Assembly: GCA_017651165.1 (NCBI GenBank)
Contig: JAGCDH010000012.1
Span: 22,595 to 86,594 of the forward strand
Direction: 5' to 3'
Source of the DNA: Bacilli bacterium
GTDB lineage: Bacteria; Bacillota_I; Bacilli_A; RFN20; CAG-826
DNA: 64,000 nt
The position numbers were made by a program, and so were the translations under genes. Below are positions 9,279 to 18,549 of this stretch, one piece after another (positions within the stretch are counted from its first letter, which is position 1; each line of letters begins with the position of its first letter). The notes beneath the pieces are model-generated. The model was given only the letters and a program-made list of their open reading frames with translations, had not been told where the DNA came from and searched no databases.

Positions 9279-12200
9279 TTATACAATTTCCTTAATCACA
9301 AAGTGTTTTTGGATTTCTAGAAGACTCTTGAGAATATTCTCTAAATCAGAAATCCATTTTTTATTCTTTGTTAAAAGTATTTTGAATACATTATTAGCAT
9401 AACTGATTTTTACCGAAGCTAAAAATGGAATTAACGCTTCAAATAAGATATTTCCGATTCCTTTGATGTTGATATAGTCGTCTCCAAGAAGGATTTCCAC
9501 GAATTTTGGCTTCTCTTCGAGTTTTAAAACTTTAGACTCTCTCATCAATAAATCGATATTGCGCTTAGTAAATAATGCTTCGACTTCTTCTGGTAAACGG
9601 CCATAGATATCTCTGGTCTTTTCTTTAATAACTAACAAGTCTTCTATAGAAGGAGCGTGCAAAATATCTTGATATAGTTCAATCTTATCTCCTTCTTTAG
9701 CATAGCTATTAGGAATATAGGCATCAACATTAAGCGTTGGATTGATTTCCACTGTTTCTTCTTCTGTTTTGCCTTCCATCTTCTCTTTCACGGCTTCGTT
9801 TAAGAGTTTGATATACATGTCTAAACCTATGGAGTCAATAAATCCCGCTTGTTCTGGACCTAAGATATCACCAGCGCCTCTAATCATTAAGTCTCTTTGG
9901 GCAATCTTATAACCACTACCAAGTTCGGTAAAATCTTGTAAGGCCTTTAATCTCTTTTGGGCTTTTTCATTTAATACTTTGTATTCACTATACATTAAGT
10001 AAGCATAAGCAATGCGACTTGAGCGACCCACCCTGCCTTTGATTTGATACAACTGTGACAAACCATAGTTTTCACTGTCTTCAACGATAATCATATTCGC
10101 ATTAGGCACATCAATCCCATTCTCAATGATGGATGTGGACACTAAAACATCAATGCCGCCATCATAAAAACGCATCATCACATCTTCGATATCTTCACGG
10201 TCCATCTTGCCATGTGCCACACCAAAAGTGACGTTTGGCATCATCTTTTGTAAGACTGATACTCTATTATATAGAGTAGATATATTGTTATGTAAGAAGA
10301 ATACTTGTCCGTTTCTTCCTAATTCTCTTTCGATTAATTCTTTAACGACATCCATTTTAAATGGTGTCACATATGTTTGAATTGGCATTCTATCTTGTGG
10401 AGGAGTATCGATCTTTGACATGCTTCTCACACCGATTAAAGAAATCTGCAATGTTCTTGGAATAGGAGTTGCCGTTAATGTTAAAACATCAATGTTGTTC
10501 TTAAGTTCTTTGATTCTTTCTTTTTGTTCCACACCAAATCTTTGCTCTTCATCAATGATTAATAAGCCTAGTTCTTTAAAGTGGACATTTTTAGAAAGTA
10601 AGCGATGCGTGCCTATAATTAAGTGGGCTTTTCCTTCTTCCACTTGCTCTAAAAACTTCTTCTGTTCTTTAGTGGTTACTAATCTAGAGAAGATGGCGAT
10701 ATTGACATCAAAGTTAGCAAAACGTTTAAGCGCTAGTTCGTAGTGTTGTCTCGCTAATAATGTAGTTGGACACAAGATAGCGACTTGTTTACCTGATAAG
10801 ATGGCCTTAAAAGCCGCGCGAAAAGCCACTTCGGTTTTACCGAAGCCAACATCACCACAAAGGAGCCTATCCATTGGTGAAGTTGATTCCATATCTTTCT
10901 TAATTTCATCTAACGCTCTTTGTTGATCTCTAGTTAATGGATATTCAAATTCATTTTCAAAAGCTTCTTGGAACTCATCATCTTCTTGGAAGGCAAAGCC
11001 TTTGACTTTACTTCTTTCAACATATAGTTGCATTAGGCGTTCCGCTAAATCATTAACTCTAGCTTTGACTTTCTTTTTAGTGTTTTCCCAATCTTTACTG
11101 TGTAAATGGCTCAAACGCGGAGTCATACCTTCCTTGCCAAGGTACTTTCTCACTAATTGGAACTGTGCTAAAGGAACATAGAGGAATTCATTACCCCAAT
11201 AAGCTATCTTAAGATAGTCTTTATGGACACCTTCAACTTCTAAGGTTTGCAAAGCAACGAATTGACCAATACCTTGATATTCATGAACGACATAATCACC
11301 AGGCTCTAATTCTTCATAACTTCTTAGGATTGTAGCTTCCTTAAATCTGTTATCAAATCTAGCGGTTCTGACTTTCTCGTTAAACAATTCAGCGGTTGTT
11401 AGATATACAACCTTCTCGTCTGTTAAAACGAATCCGCTTGGAAGGTTGATTAAGCTGATACCAATCTTTCCTTGCTTAGGAAGATTAAAGGAATCCACGA
11501 TTTGATATGGCAAATGATGGAAATCTAATAATTGTTCTATCGTGAAGATATGTTCTTTATTATTTAATGCCAAAACTATCTGATACCTATCAGATAAGTA
11601 TGATTGAATGATATTAATTGCATCATTGGCTTTACTGGCTTGAAACGGGACATTTTTAATTGGAACAGTTACCGCTTCTGGTGAATCAATCAACGACGAT
11701 GTCGTAATACTATCTTTGATACTAGCGACTCTTTCTAGGTTCTGATAGATTTCTAATCTAGGCAGAGCCTTTTGATTCTCATATAGCTCGCTTAAATACA
11801 TGTGAGAGTCATTCTGTAAGATACTATGGGAACTATATATCGCTGGTAAATCCACGAACACTTTGGTAAAGGATTGGCAGTAGTCAAAGACTGAATAATG
11901 GTTCTCAGTTAAGAATCCATAATATTTATAGAGACTCTCATCAATCGTTCCTTCGCTTAACCTGAAGGCTAAATCATCTACTGTGTCGCGTATTTTTTCA
12001 AAATCGCTATATGAGAGAACCTCTTGTTCCTTCTCTAAAGCGGCATATAACTTTTCACTACCTTTGGCCTTTTCTTCTTCGGTCAACAAGATATCAGAAG
12101 CAGGCAAGATGGTTACTTTATTAAGAGATTCTATCGATGTTTGCTTTGCAATATCGAAATAACGAATGCTTTCCACTTCATCATCGAAGAATTCAATACG

Positions 12201-12755
12201 TACTGGATAATCATTATTAACCGAGAAGATATCTAAGACATCGCCTCTGATTGCAAATTGCAATGATTGGTCAATTTTATTCACAAGTGAATAACCATCC
12301 ATTACTAGTTTCTTTTTAATATCAGCGATGTGGTAATGGTTACCCACCTTTAGTTCAAAAGTACTGCTCTTAAATAAGGCTGGGCTTGGCAAGAAGCGTA
12401 AAGCGCTTGATAAGTTAGCGATAACGATAACATTTTTTCTTTTTAAGATTTCGTCTAGTACGTATAAGCGATGCGCAGACATTTCTTTAGATTGGGCAAT
12501 CGTCTCCGCGCGAATGAGTTCATCGCTTGGGAATAATAAGACATCGTCTTTAGATAAGAATGACACTAATGAGGAATAGATTTTTTGGGCCTTAAATAAG
12601 TTAGAGGCAACGATTAAATATGAACCTTTATTTGCCTTATAATTGGAGGCAATTAAAAGTGAGATTCCGTTATTATCGTCAACGACAAAATGCCCCTTTT
12701 TCCTTTCTAGGAGGGGGGTAATACTATTCGTTTTGAGTTTCTCAAAAAGGTTCAA
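9279..12755 (-). CDS. mfd: Transcription-repair coupling factor
   Basis: CarD-like GDYVVH, GDVGFGKTEV, DEEQRFG, TATPIPRT, QIKGRVGR, C-terminal TRCF domain. Confidence 0.98.
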   Translation of the reverse strand: MNLFEKLKTNSITPLLERKKGHFVVDDNNGISLLIASNYKANKGSYLIVASNLFKAQKIYSSLVSFLSKDDVLLFPSDELIRAETIAQSKEMSAHRLYVLDEILKRKNVIVIANLSSALRFLPSPALFKSSTFELKVGNHYHIADIKKKLVMDGYSLVNKIDQSLQFAIRGDVLDIFSVNNDYPVRIEFFDDEVESIRYFDIAKQTSIESLNKVTILPASDILLTEEEKAKGSEKLYAALEKEQEVLSYSDFEKIRDTVDDLAFRLSEGTIDESLYKYYGFLTENHYSVFDYCQSFTKVFVDLPAIYSSHSILQNDSHMYLSELYENQKALPRLEIYQNLERVASIKDSITTSSLIDSPEAVTVPIKNVPFQASKANDAINIIQSYLSDRYQIVLALNNKEHIFTIEQLLDFHHLPYQIVDSFNLPKQGKIGISLINLPSGFVLTDEKVVYLTTAELFNEKVRTARFDNRFKEATILRSYEELEPGDYVVHEYQGIGQFVALQTLEVEGVHKDYLKIAYWGNEFLYVPLAQFQLVRKYLGKEGMTPRLSHLHSKDWENTKKKVKARVNDLAERLMQLYVERSKVKGFAFQEDDEFQEAFENEFEYPLTRDQQRALDEIKKDMESTSPMDRLLCGDVGFGKTEVAFRAAFKAILSGKQVAILCPTTLLARQHYELALKRFANFDVNIAIFSRLVTTKEQKKFLEQVEEGKAHLIIGTHRLLSKNVHFKELGLLIIDEEQRFGVEQKERIKELKNNIDVLTLTATPIPRTLQISLIGVRSMSKIDTPPQDRMPIQTYVTPFKMDVVKELIERELGRNGQVFFLHNNISTLYNRVSVLQKMMPNVTFGVAHGKMDREDIEDVMMRFYDGGIDVLVSTSIIENGIDVPNANMIIVEDSENYGLSQLYQIKGRVGRSSRIAYAYLMYSEYKVLNEKAQKRLKALQDFTELGSGYKIAQRDLMIRGAGDILGPEQAGFIDSIGLDMYIKLLNEAVKEKMEGKTEEETVEINPTLNVDAYIPNSYAKEGDKIELYQDILHAPSIEDLLVIKEKTRDIYGRLPEEVEALFTKRNIDLLMRESKVLKLEEKPKFVEILLGDDYINIKGIGNILFEALIPFLASVKISYANNVFKILLTKNKKWISDLENILKSLLEIQKHFVIKEIV

Positions 12756-12767
12756 ATAATCACCTCT

Positions 12768-13322
12768 TTAATTATAATTGTTCATCGCCCGATCAAAATC
12801 AGACTTTAAGTACTCCTTTACTGCTCTTACTGCGTTAGCAATTGCTTCTTCAATCAAAGGCGCTTCTTCTTTGAGGGGTTTAGATAAGACAAAGTCAACG
12901 TTGTCCCATTCACCTGGTTCACCAATTCCCACTCTGATGCGTTTGATTTGTTCGGTTGATAAACAATCAATAATGTTTTGCATTCCTTTATGACCACCAG
13001 AAGAGCCTTCTTTACGAAGTCTAATCACACCTGGCGCTAAAGCCATATCATCATAGATGACAACGATATCTTCAAGTGCAATTTTGAAATAATGCACAAC
13101 TTCTTGTACCGCTGTCCCTGAGAGATTCATAAATGTTGTTGGCTTAAAAAGAATGACATCTTCGTTGAAGATTTTTCCACGACTCATTAAGCCATGAAAC
13201 ACTTCTTTATCCACATCGATTTCCGCTTGGTCGCTTAAAAGATCGACCGCCATAAAACCCATGTTATGACGAGTGCCTTCGTATTTCTTGCCAGGATTAC
13301 CTAAACCAACAATTAGTTTCAT
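12768..13322 (-). CDS. pth: Peptidyl-tRNA hydrolase
   Basis: LIVGLGNPG..Y..TRHN.GF, KPTTFMNLSG, GGHKG. Confidence 0.98.
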   Translation of the reverse strand: MKLIVGLGNPGKKYEGTRHNMGFMAVDLLSDQAEIDVDKEVFHGLMSRGKIFNEDVILFKPTTFMNLSGTAVQEVVHYFKIALEDIVVIYDDMALAPGVIRLRKEGSSGGHKGMQNIIDCLSTEQIKRIRVGIGEPGEWDNVDFVLSKPLKEEAPLIEEAIANAVRAVKEYLKSDFDRAMNNYN

Positions 13323-13408
13323 ATCAATCTCGTGCGCTTATTATACAACACATTTATACGTTATGCGCACTTTAAATAAATGAACGACTCTTGTATACTC
13401 ATATCTGT

Positions 13409-14374
13409 ATGAAAGTTAAAGCATGGTTTAAAAAGTTTTTTGCCGGTATGGCTATTGGTACGGGTGCCGCCATACCTGGTGTTTCCGGTGCGGCTATTGC
13501 CGTTATCTTTAGAGTTTATGAGGATATCATTAACGCTGTTAATAATTTCAGAAAGAAATTCGGTTGGGCATTATCCATTCTCGTCCCAATCTTAATTGGT
13601 GTTTTATTAGCGGTCGCTATTTGTATTGTTTTATTCCACATCGCATTTAGTCACTTCATGTTTGTCTTGATGTGCCTATTCGCAGGTTTCTTAGTGGGTT
13701 CATTCCCTGGTATCACAGACGAAGTCAAAGATGAAAAGTTAAACAAGAAAGCCATCATCTTAATCGTGATTGGTTTTATCTTTGTCATCGTTTTAGGTGT
13801 TCTTAGTGTCATTGCCGGGGCAAACGGCTTTGAAGTGAGTGGATTATTTATCAAATTACCTTGGTGGTTATATCTAGTTTTAATCCCAATAGGCGCGATT
13901 GCCGCGGTTGCTTTAACTGTACCTGGTTTATCAGGCTCATTAATTTTATTAATTATCGGTTTCTATCGTCCATTAATTGATTTTGTTGAAGGTTCCGCAA
14001 AAGCGATTTTAAAGGGTGACGCCAGTTTAATTCTTCCTTTATTAGGGGTCGTTGGTTGCTTTGCCATCGGTTGTTTAATCGGTGTGGTCTTAGTTTCTAA
14101 GATTATGAATGTTCTTTTAAGAAAGTGGCGTATAGAAACCTTCTACACCATTATTGGTTTTATTGCCGGTTCAGTCTTTGTCTTATTCTTTAACTATGAA
14201 ATCTTCAAATATTATCAAGTCTGGGCAGGACAAGCTGTTGCAGGCATCGATCAATATATGCCAATGTGGCTAGAAATGATTATCGGTTTCCTTGTCTTAG
14301 GAGCGTGTGCCTTTGGTAGTTATCAACTGGTTAGAGTTCAAAGAAAGAAAGCCCCACAAGAAATAGCAGAATAA
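13409..14374 (+). CDS. DUF368-family membrane protein (polyprenyl-phosphate translocase family)
   Basis: Duplicated PGVSG / PGLSGS motifs in a polytopic membrane protein; ATG at 13409. Confidence 0.85.
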   Translation: MKVKAWFKKFFAGMAIGTGAAIPGVSGAAIAVIFRVYEDIINAVNNFRKKFGWALSILVPILIGVLLAVAICIVLFHIAFSHFMFVLMCLFAGFLVGSFPGITDEVKDEKLNKKAIILIVIGFIFVIVLGVLSVIAGANGFEVSGLFIKLPWWLYLVLIPIGAIAAVALTVPGLSGSLILLIIGFYRPLIDFVEGSAKAILKGDASLILPLLGVVGCFAIGCLIGVVLVSKIMNVLLRKWRIETFYTIIGFIAGSVFVLFFNYEIFKYYQVWAGQAVAGIDQYMPMWLEMIIGFLVLGACAFGSYQLVRVQRKKAPQEIAE

Positions 14375-14406
14375 AAAAGAGATAGGCATTAGCCTATCTT
14401 TTCTTT
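14373..14406. terminator. Bidirectional terminator between convergent genes
   Basis: AGATAGGC-atta-GCCTATCT with A and T flanks. Confidence 0.75.
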
Positions 14407-15439
14407 AACCGAGCTTCATCTTTCTTTGATAACGGGTATAAACCTTTCTACATAAGAATGATTTGATATTGTATGTCGGAATGTTAAGCACCAAAGACAA
14501 TAATGAACGATGGCGAACCTTGTTATAGAGTTTCTTTTCGCTAGCCTTCAACCTTCTTAAGAATTTCTTATATTCTTCCTTACGCATTGGTTTATCTTCT
14601 TTAGTGCCAATGATGGTCATCGTGGTAATGGCCATAATAGTCATCACCCATTTGAACATATATTTATAAAGTGGTTTTGGGAATGTTTTTAACTCTTTTA
14701 AAGTGAATCCGTTGAAGATGATTTCAAATACACGCATCTGCTGATCGTAACGTTTACACATTGTTCCAAAGTTAATGGATTGATCCGCTCTACCGATGAA
14801 ATAGTGATAGAAATCGAGATCGTTATAATAGATCTTTTCGCAGTATGGAAGAGGGATATAAGCATAGATATCATCAACATAGAATGTATGATTTGGTAAT
14901 TCCATCTTAGATTCTTTTAAAACATCTAAGCGGAACATTAATGAGTGCATTAAGAAGATGGTGCTTAATTTCACATGTTTCATCTCATTCCATGTGAAGA
15001 TTTTATTCACTGGTAAACAGTAACGATAATGCATTTGATATTGTGTATTATCAGAAGCATGCTCATACACATAGTTAGAGATATATAAATCAATCTCTTC
15101 TTTTTCTTCTAAGTGTTTCTTGATTAAATCAAGCATCTTGATGACGTCTTCAGTTTCGACCCAGTCATCACTATCGACGACTTTGTAATAAAGTCCTGTA
15201 CCATTACGGATACCAGCCATAACGCCTGATCCATGACCACCATTCTCTTTTTGAATGGCTTTAACAATTGTTGGATACTTTTTTTCGTATTCGTCAGCGA
15301 TTTTTCCAGTATCGTCTTTAGAACCATCGTTAACGATAATGACTTCGATATCTTCGCCCACAGCGACGAGATTATCGATAATATGACGCATATAATCTTG
15401 AGAATTATAGCAAGGAATTGTGAATGTAATGTATTTCAT
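14405..15439 (-). CDS. Glycosyltransferase family 2
   Basis: IPCYN, VNDGSKD, ENGGHG, VDSDD, YYHYFIGR-like motif; directly downstream of glf. Confidence 0.9.
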   Translation of the reverse strand: MKYITFTIPCYNSQDYMRHIIDNLVAVGEDIEVIIVNDGSKDDTGKIADEYEKKYPTIVKAIQKENGGHGSGVMAGIRNGTGLYYKVVDSDDWVETEDVIKMLDLIKKHLEEKEEIDLYISNYVYEHASDNTQYQMHYRYCLPVNKIFTWNEMKHVKLSTIFLMHSLMFRLDVLKESKMELPNHTFYVDDIYAYIPLPYCEKIYYNDLDFYHYFIGRADQSINFGTMCKRYDQQMRVFEIIFNGFTLKELKTFPKPLYKYMFKWVMTIMAITTMTIIGTKEDKPMRKEEYKKFLRRLKASEKKLYNKVRHRSLLSLVLNIPTYNIKSFLCRKVYTRYQRKMKLG

Positions 15440-15476
15440 AAGGCTTGTTGTTTTCTCCCGGCAACAATCATACTAC

Positions 15477-16586
15477 TTATTTAGTTAAAAGAAACTCTAC
15501 TAATTGCAAAGCTTTCTCTATAACCACATCCATGTTGTAGTAGGAATAGGTTCCTAGACGTCCTCCAAAATGTATTTTGGGGTTAGTTTCTGCGAGGGCT
15601 TTATATTTAGCGTAGAGTTCGCTATTTTTTGCATCATTAATTGGATAATAGGCTTCATCACCGACTGACCAAGTCTTGGAATATTCTTTGGTGATGACGG
15701 TTTTGTTATGTTTTTGTCCTGGTTCAAAATATTGATGCTCAGCGATACGAGTATATGGAATTTCATATTCTGTATAGTTCACAACCGCTGTGCCTTGATA
15801 ATCAGGTTGGTCTAATATTTCTTCTTCAAATCTCAGTGAACGCCACTCTAAAGCGCCATAACAATAGTTAAAGAACTTATCAATCTCACCTGTATAGATA
15901 ATTTGATCCGCTAGAGCATCTAATTCTTCCCGATGTTCTAAATAATCAGTATTAAGTCTTACTTCAATACCTTCTAACATATGTTCGACGATTTGAGTGA
16001 AACCACCAATTGGGATGCCTTGATAGACATCATTAAAGTAGTTGTTGTTATATTCATATCTCACTGGTAAACGTGAAATGATAAAAGGTGGAAGTTCATT
16101 ACAAGGTCTACCCCATTGTTTTTGGGTATATCCTTTGACTAACATTTCATAAATTGTTCTTCCCACCATTGAAATAGCTTTTTCTTCAAGGTTTTTTGGT
16201 TCCTTGATATTAGCTTCTTTAATCTCTTTTTCGATACACGCCTTCGCTTCTTCTGCGGTATTAACACCAAAGACTTGATGGAATGTATTCATATTAAAAG
16301 GCATGTTATAGTATTTGCCTTTATAGTAAGCAATTGGCATATTGATATAGTTATTAAACTTTGCAAATTGGTTGATGTAATCCCACACCATCTTATTTGA
16401 GGTATGGAAAATATGCGGACCATATTTATGAACTTGAATACCTTCGATTTCTTGTGTGTATATATTACCGGCGACATTGCCTCTTTTTTCCACCACTAAA
16501 ACTTTATAACCGTGTTTAAATAATTCATGAGCACATGTCGCGGCAAAGAGGCCGGTGCCCACAATAAGGTAATCATATTTCTTCAT
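15477..16586 (-). CDS. glf: UDP-galactopyranose mutase
   Basis: YDYLIVGTG, HKYGPHIFHT, YT.KQWG, YFND.YQGIP, YYP, GRLG.Y.YYNMD. Confidence 0.97.
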   Translation of the reverse strand: MKKYDYLIVGTGLFAATCAHELFKHGYKVLVVEKRGNVAGNIYTQEIEGIQVHKYGPHIFHTSNKMVWDYINQFAKFNNYINMPIAYYKGKYYNMPFNMNTFHQVFGVNTAEEAKACIEKEIKEANIKEPKNLEEKAISMVGRTIYEMLVKGYTQKQWGRPCNELPPFIISRLPVRYEYNNNYFNDVYQGIPIGGFTQIVEHMLEGIEVRLNTDYLEHREELDALADQIIYTGEIDKFFNYCYGALEWRSLRFEEEILDQPDYQGTAVVNYTEYEIPYTRIAEHQYFEPGQKHNKTVITKEYSKTWSVGDEAYYPINDAKNSELYAKYKALAETNPKIHFGGRLGTYSYYNMDVVIEKALQLVEFLLTK

Positions 16587-16713
16587 AGCATAATCATTAT
16601 ACACTAAATGGTCTGTATATAAATATACGAATGCTTATTCTTACCTCCATGATGCATTGAATCCATGTATTGCGGATGTGAGTATTTATGAGTGGAAAAA
16701 TAAATTATATTTA

Positions 16714-16742
16714 TTGACAAGTTCATTAACTAACTACATAAT
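16714..16742 (+). promoter_or_regulatory. Promoter of the ABC exporter operon with an imperfect palindrome in the spacer
   Basis: TTGACA-17-CATAAT; AGTTCATTAACTAACT is a 12/16 palindrome (possible operator). Confidence 0.6.
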
Positions 16743-16763
16743 CTTTGCGAAGGAATTAAAGAG

Positions 16764-18548
16764 ATGTTCAAAGCGATTCTCAAAGTATTAAGAAGTGTCA
16801 GAGAGTATAAAATCTACGCGATTATTACTCCTTTATTTATGATTGGCGAAGCCGCTGTTGAATGTGCTTTACCTTTTGTCATGTCAAAGCTTGTTGATGA
16901 AATTGAATTTGCAGAAAGCATCAAAGTTCTGATTCCTTATTTCATCATCATTATTGGCATGTCGGTTGTTTCTATTACATGCGGCATATTAGGTGGAAGA
17001 TTCGCCTCTTATGCTTCTAGTGGATTTGCTAAAAACCTTCGTAAGGATTTATATCGAAAAGTTGAAAGTTTCTCTTTTGAGAACATTGATCACTTCCACT
17101 CCTCAAGTTTAGTGACCAGAATGACTACAGACGTTACAAATGCGCAAAACTCTTTTGCGATGACCATTAGAATCGTCGTAAGAGCACCTTTAATGCTCAT
17201 CTTCTCAGCGATTATGGCGTTTATCACTGGTGGCCATATGGCGTGGATCTTTGTCGTAGCCATCCCTGTCATCGGTATTATTTTCTTCGTCCTTGCTAAG
17301 TTAGCGATGGGTATCTTTAGAAGAGTCTTTAAACGCTATGACGCTTTGAATGAATCAGTACAAGAAAACGTCGCAGGTATGCGCGTTGTTAAAACATTCG
17401 TTAGGGAAGACTTTGAAGATCAGAAATTCTCCAATGCCTCAAATAGCTTATCTAAAGACTTTATCAAAGCGGAGAAGATTGTCGCTTTAATGACGCCTTT
17501 GATGAACACATCAATTCACATCGTCTATATGATTACGATGTTTCTCGCGGGATATATCATTTTCTCCACTTCAGTACCTGGCCTAAATAAAAAAGGTCAA
17601 GTTGTTCCTGTGGATGGAAAATTATCTATTTCCCAAATGTCCGCGTTGCTCACATATGGTATTCAAATCTTAATGTCCATTATGATGATTTCCATGATTG
17701 TCACGATGTTAGTCATGTCATTTGAATCCATTAGACGTATTGGTGAAGTTTTAGACGAAGAACCAACCATTAGGAACCCAGAAAACGCTATTACAGAGAT
17801 GGAAGATGGATCCGTTATTTTCGATCACGTCTCCTTTAAATACAAAAAAGAAGCGGAGCGTTACGCTGTTAGCAATCTTGATTTCACCATTAAATCAGGT
17901 CAATTCATCGGTATTATCGGTTCCACCGGTTCTGGTAAGAGTACATTAGTTAATTTAATCTCTTGATTATATGACACTACTGATGGTCGTATCCTTGTCA
18001 GTGGTCACGATGTGAGAGAATACGATTTAAAAACGTTAAGAGATTCAGTGGCAATGGTTCTCCAAAAGAACTTCTTATTCAGCGGCACTATCCGTTCCAA
18101 TATGAAATGGGGCAACAAAGAAGCCACAGACGAAGAAATTTTAAAAGCTATTGAGATAGCGCAGATCCCAGATGTCATCAACCACTACGCCGAAGGTTTA
18201 GACCATGTCGTGGAACAAGGTGGCGCTAATTTCTCTGGTGGTCAAAAGCAAAGACTTTGTATCGCAAGGGCGATTTTAAAGAATCCTAAGATTTTAATCT
18301 TAGACGACTCCACTTCCGCCGTTGATACAAAGACCGATAAATTAATTAGAAGAGCCTTAAAAGAAGACTTACCACATATGACAAAGATTGTCATCGCTCA
18401 AAGAATTAGTTCTATTGAGGAAGCTGATCAAATCATCGTTTTAGATAACGGCAATATCGATGGTATTGGCACTCACCAAGAACTTTTAAAGAGCAATGAA
18501 ATTTATCGCGAAGTCTATCAATCACAGACACAGAAAGGAGGTAATTAA
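16764..18548 (+). pseudogene. ABC exporter half (TMD+NBD, degenerate-site partner) interrupted by an in-frame TGA at 17964-17966
   Basis: Frame continues across the stop: GSTGSGKSTLVNLIS*LYDTTDGRILVSGHDVREYDL; FSGGQKQR, LDD and IAQR follow. Confidence 0.8.
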
Positions 18549-18549
18549 C

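Noticed and set aside
9279-16586. Alternative genetic code (AGG=Met, CGG=Trp or TGA=Trp, as reported in some uncultured Bacilli and Mollicutes)
   Set aside because: AGG encodes conserved Arg in Mfd (GRVGR, MDRLL); CGG sits at an Arg-compatible site in Glf (EHREEL); RF2 is present and TGA ends the Y-family polymerase in an ATGA overlap; the lone internal TGA replaces Arg, not Trp
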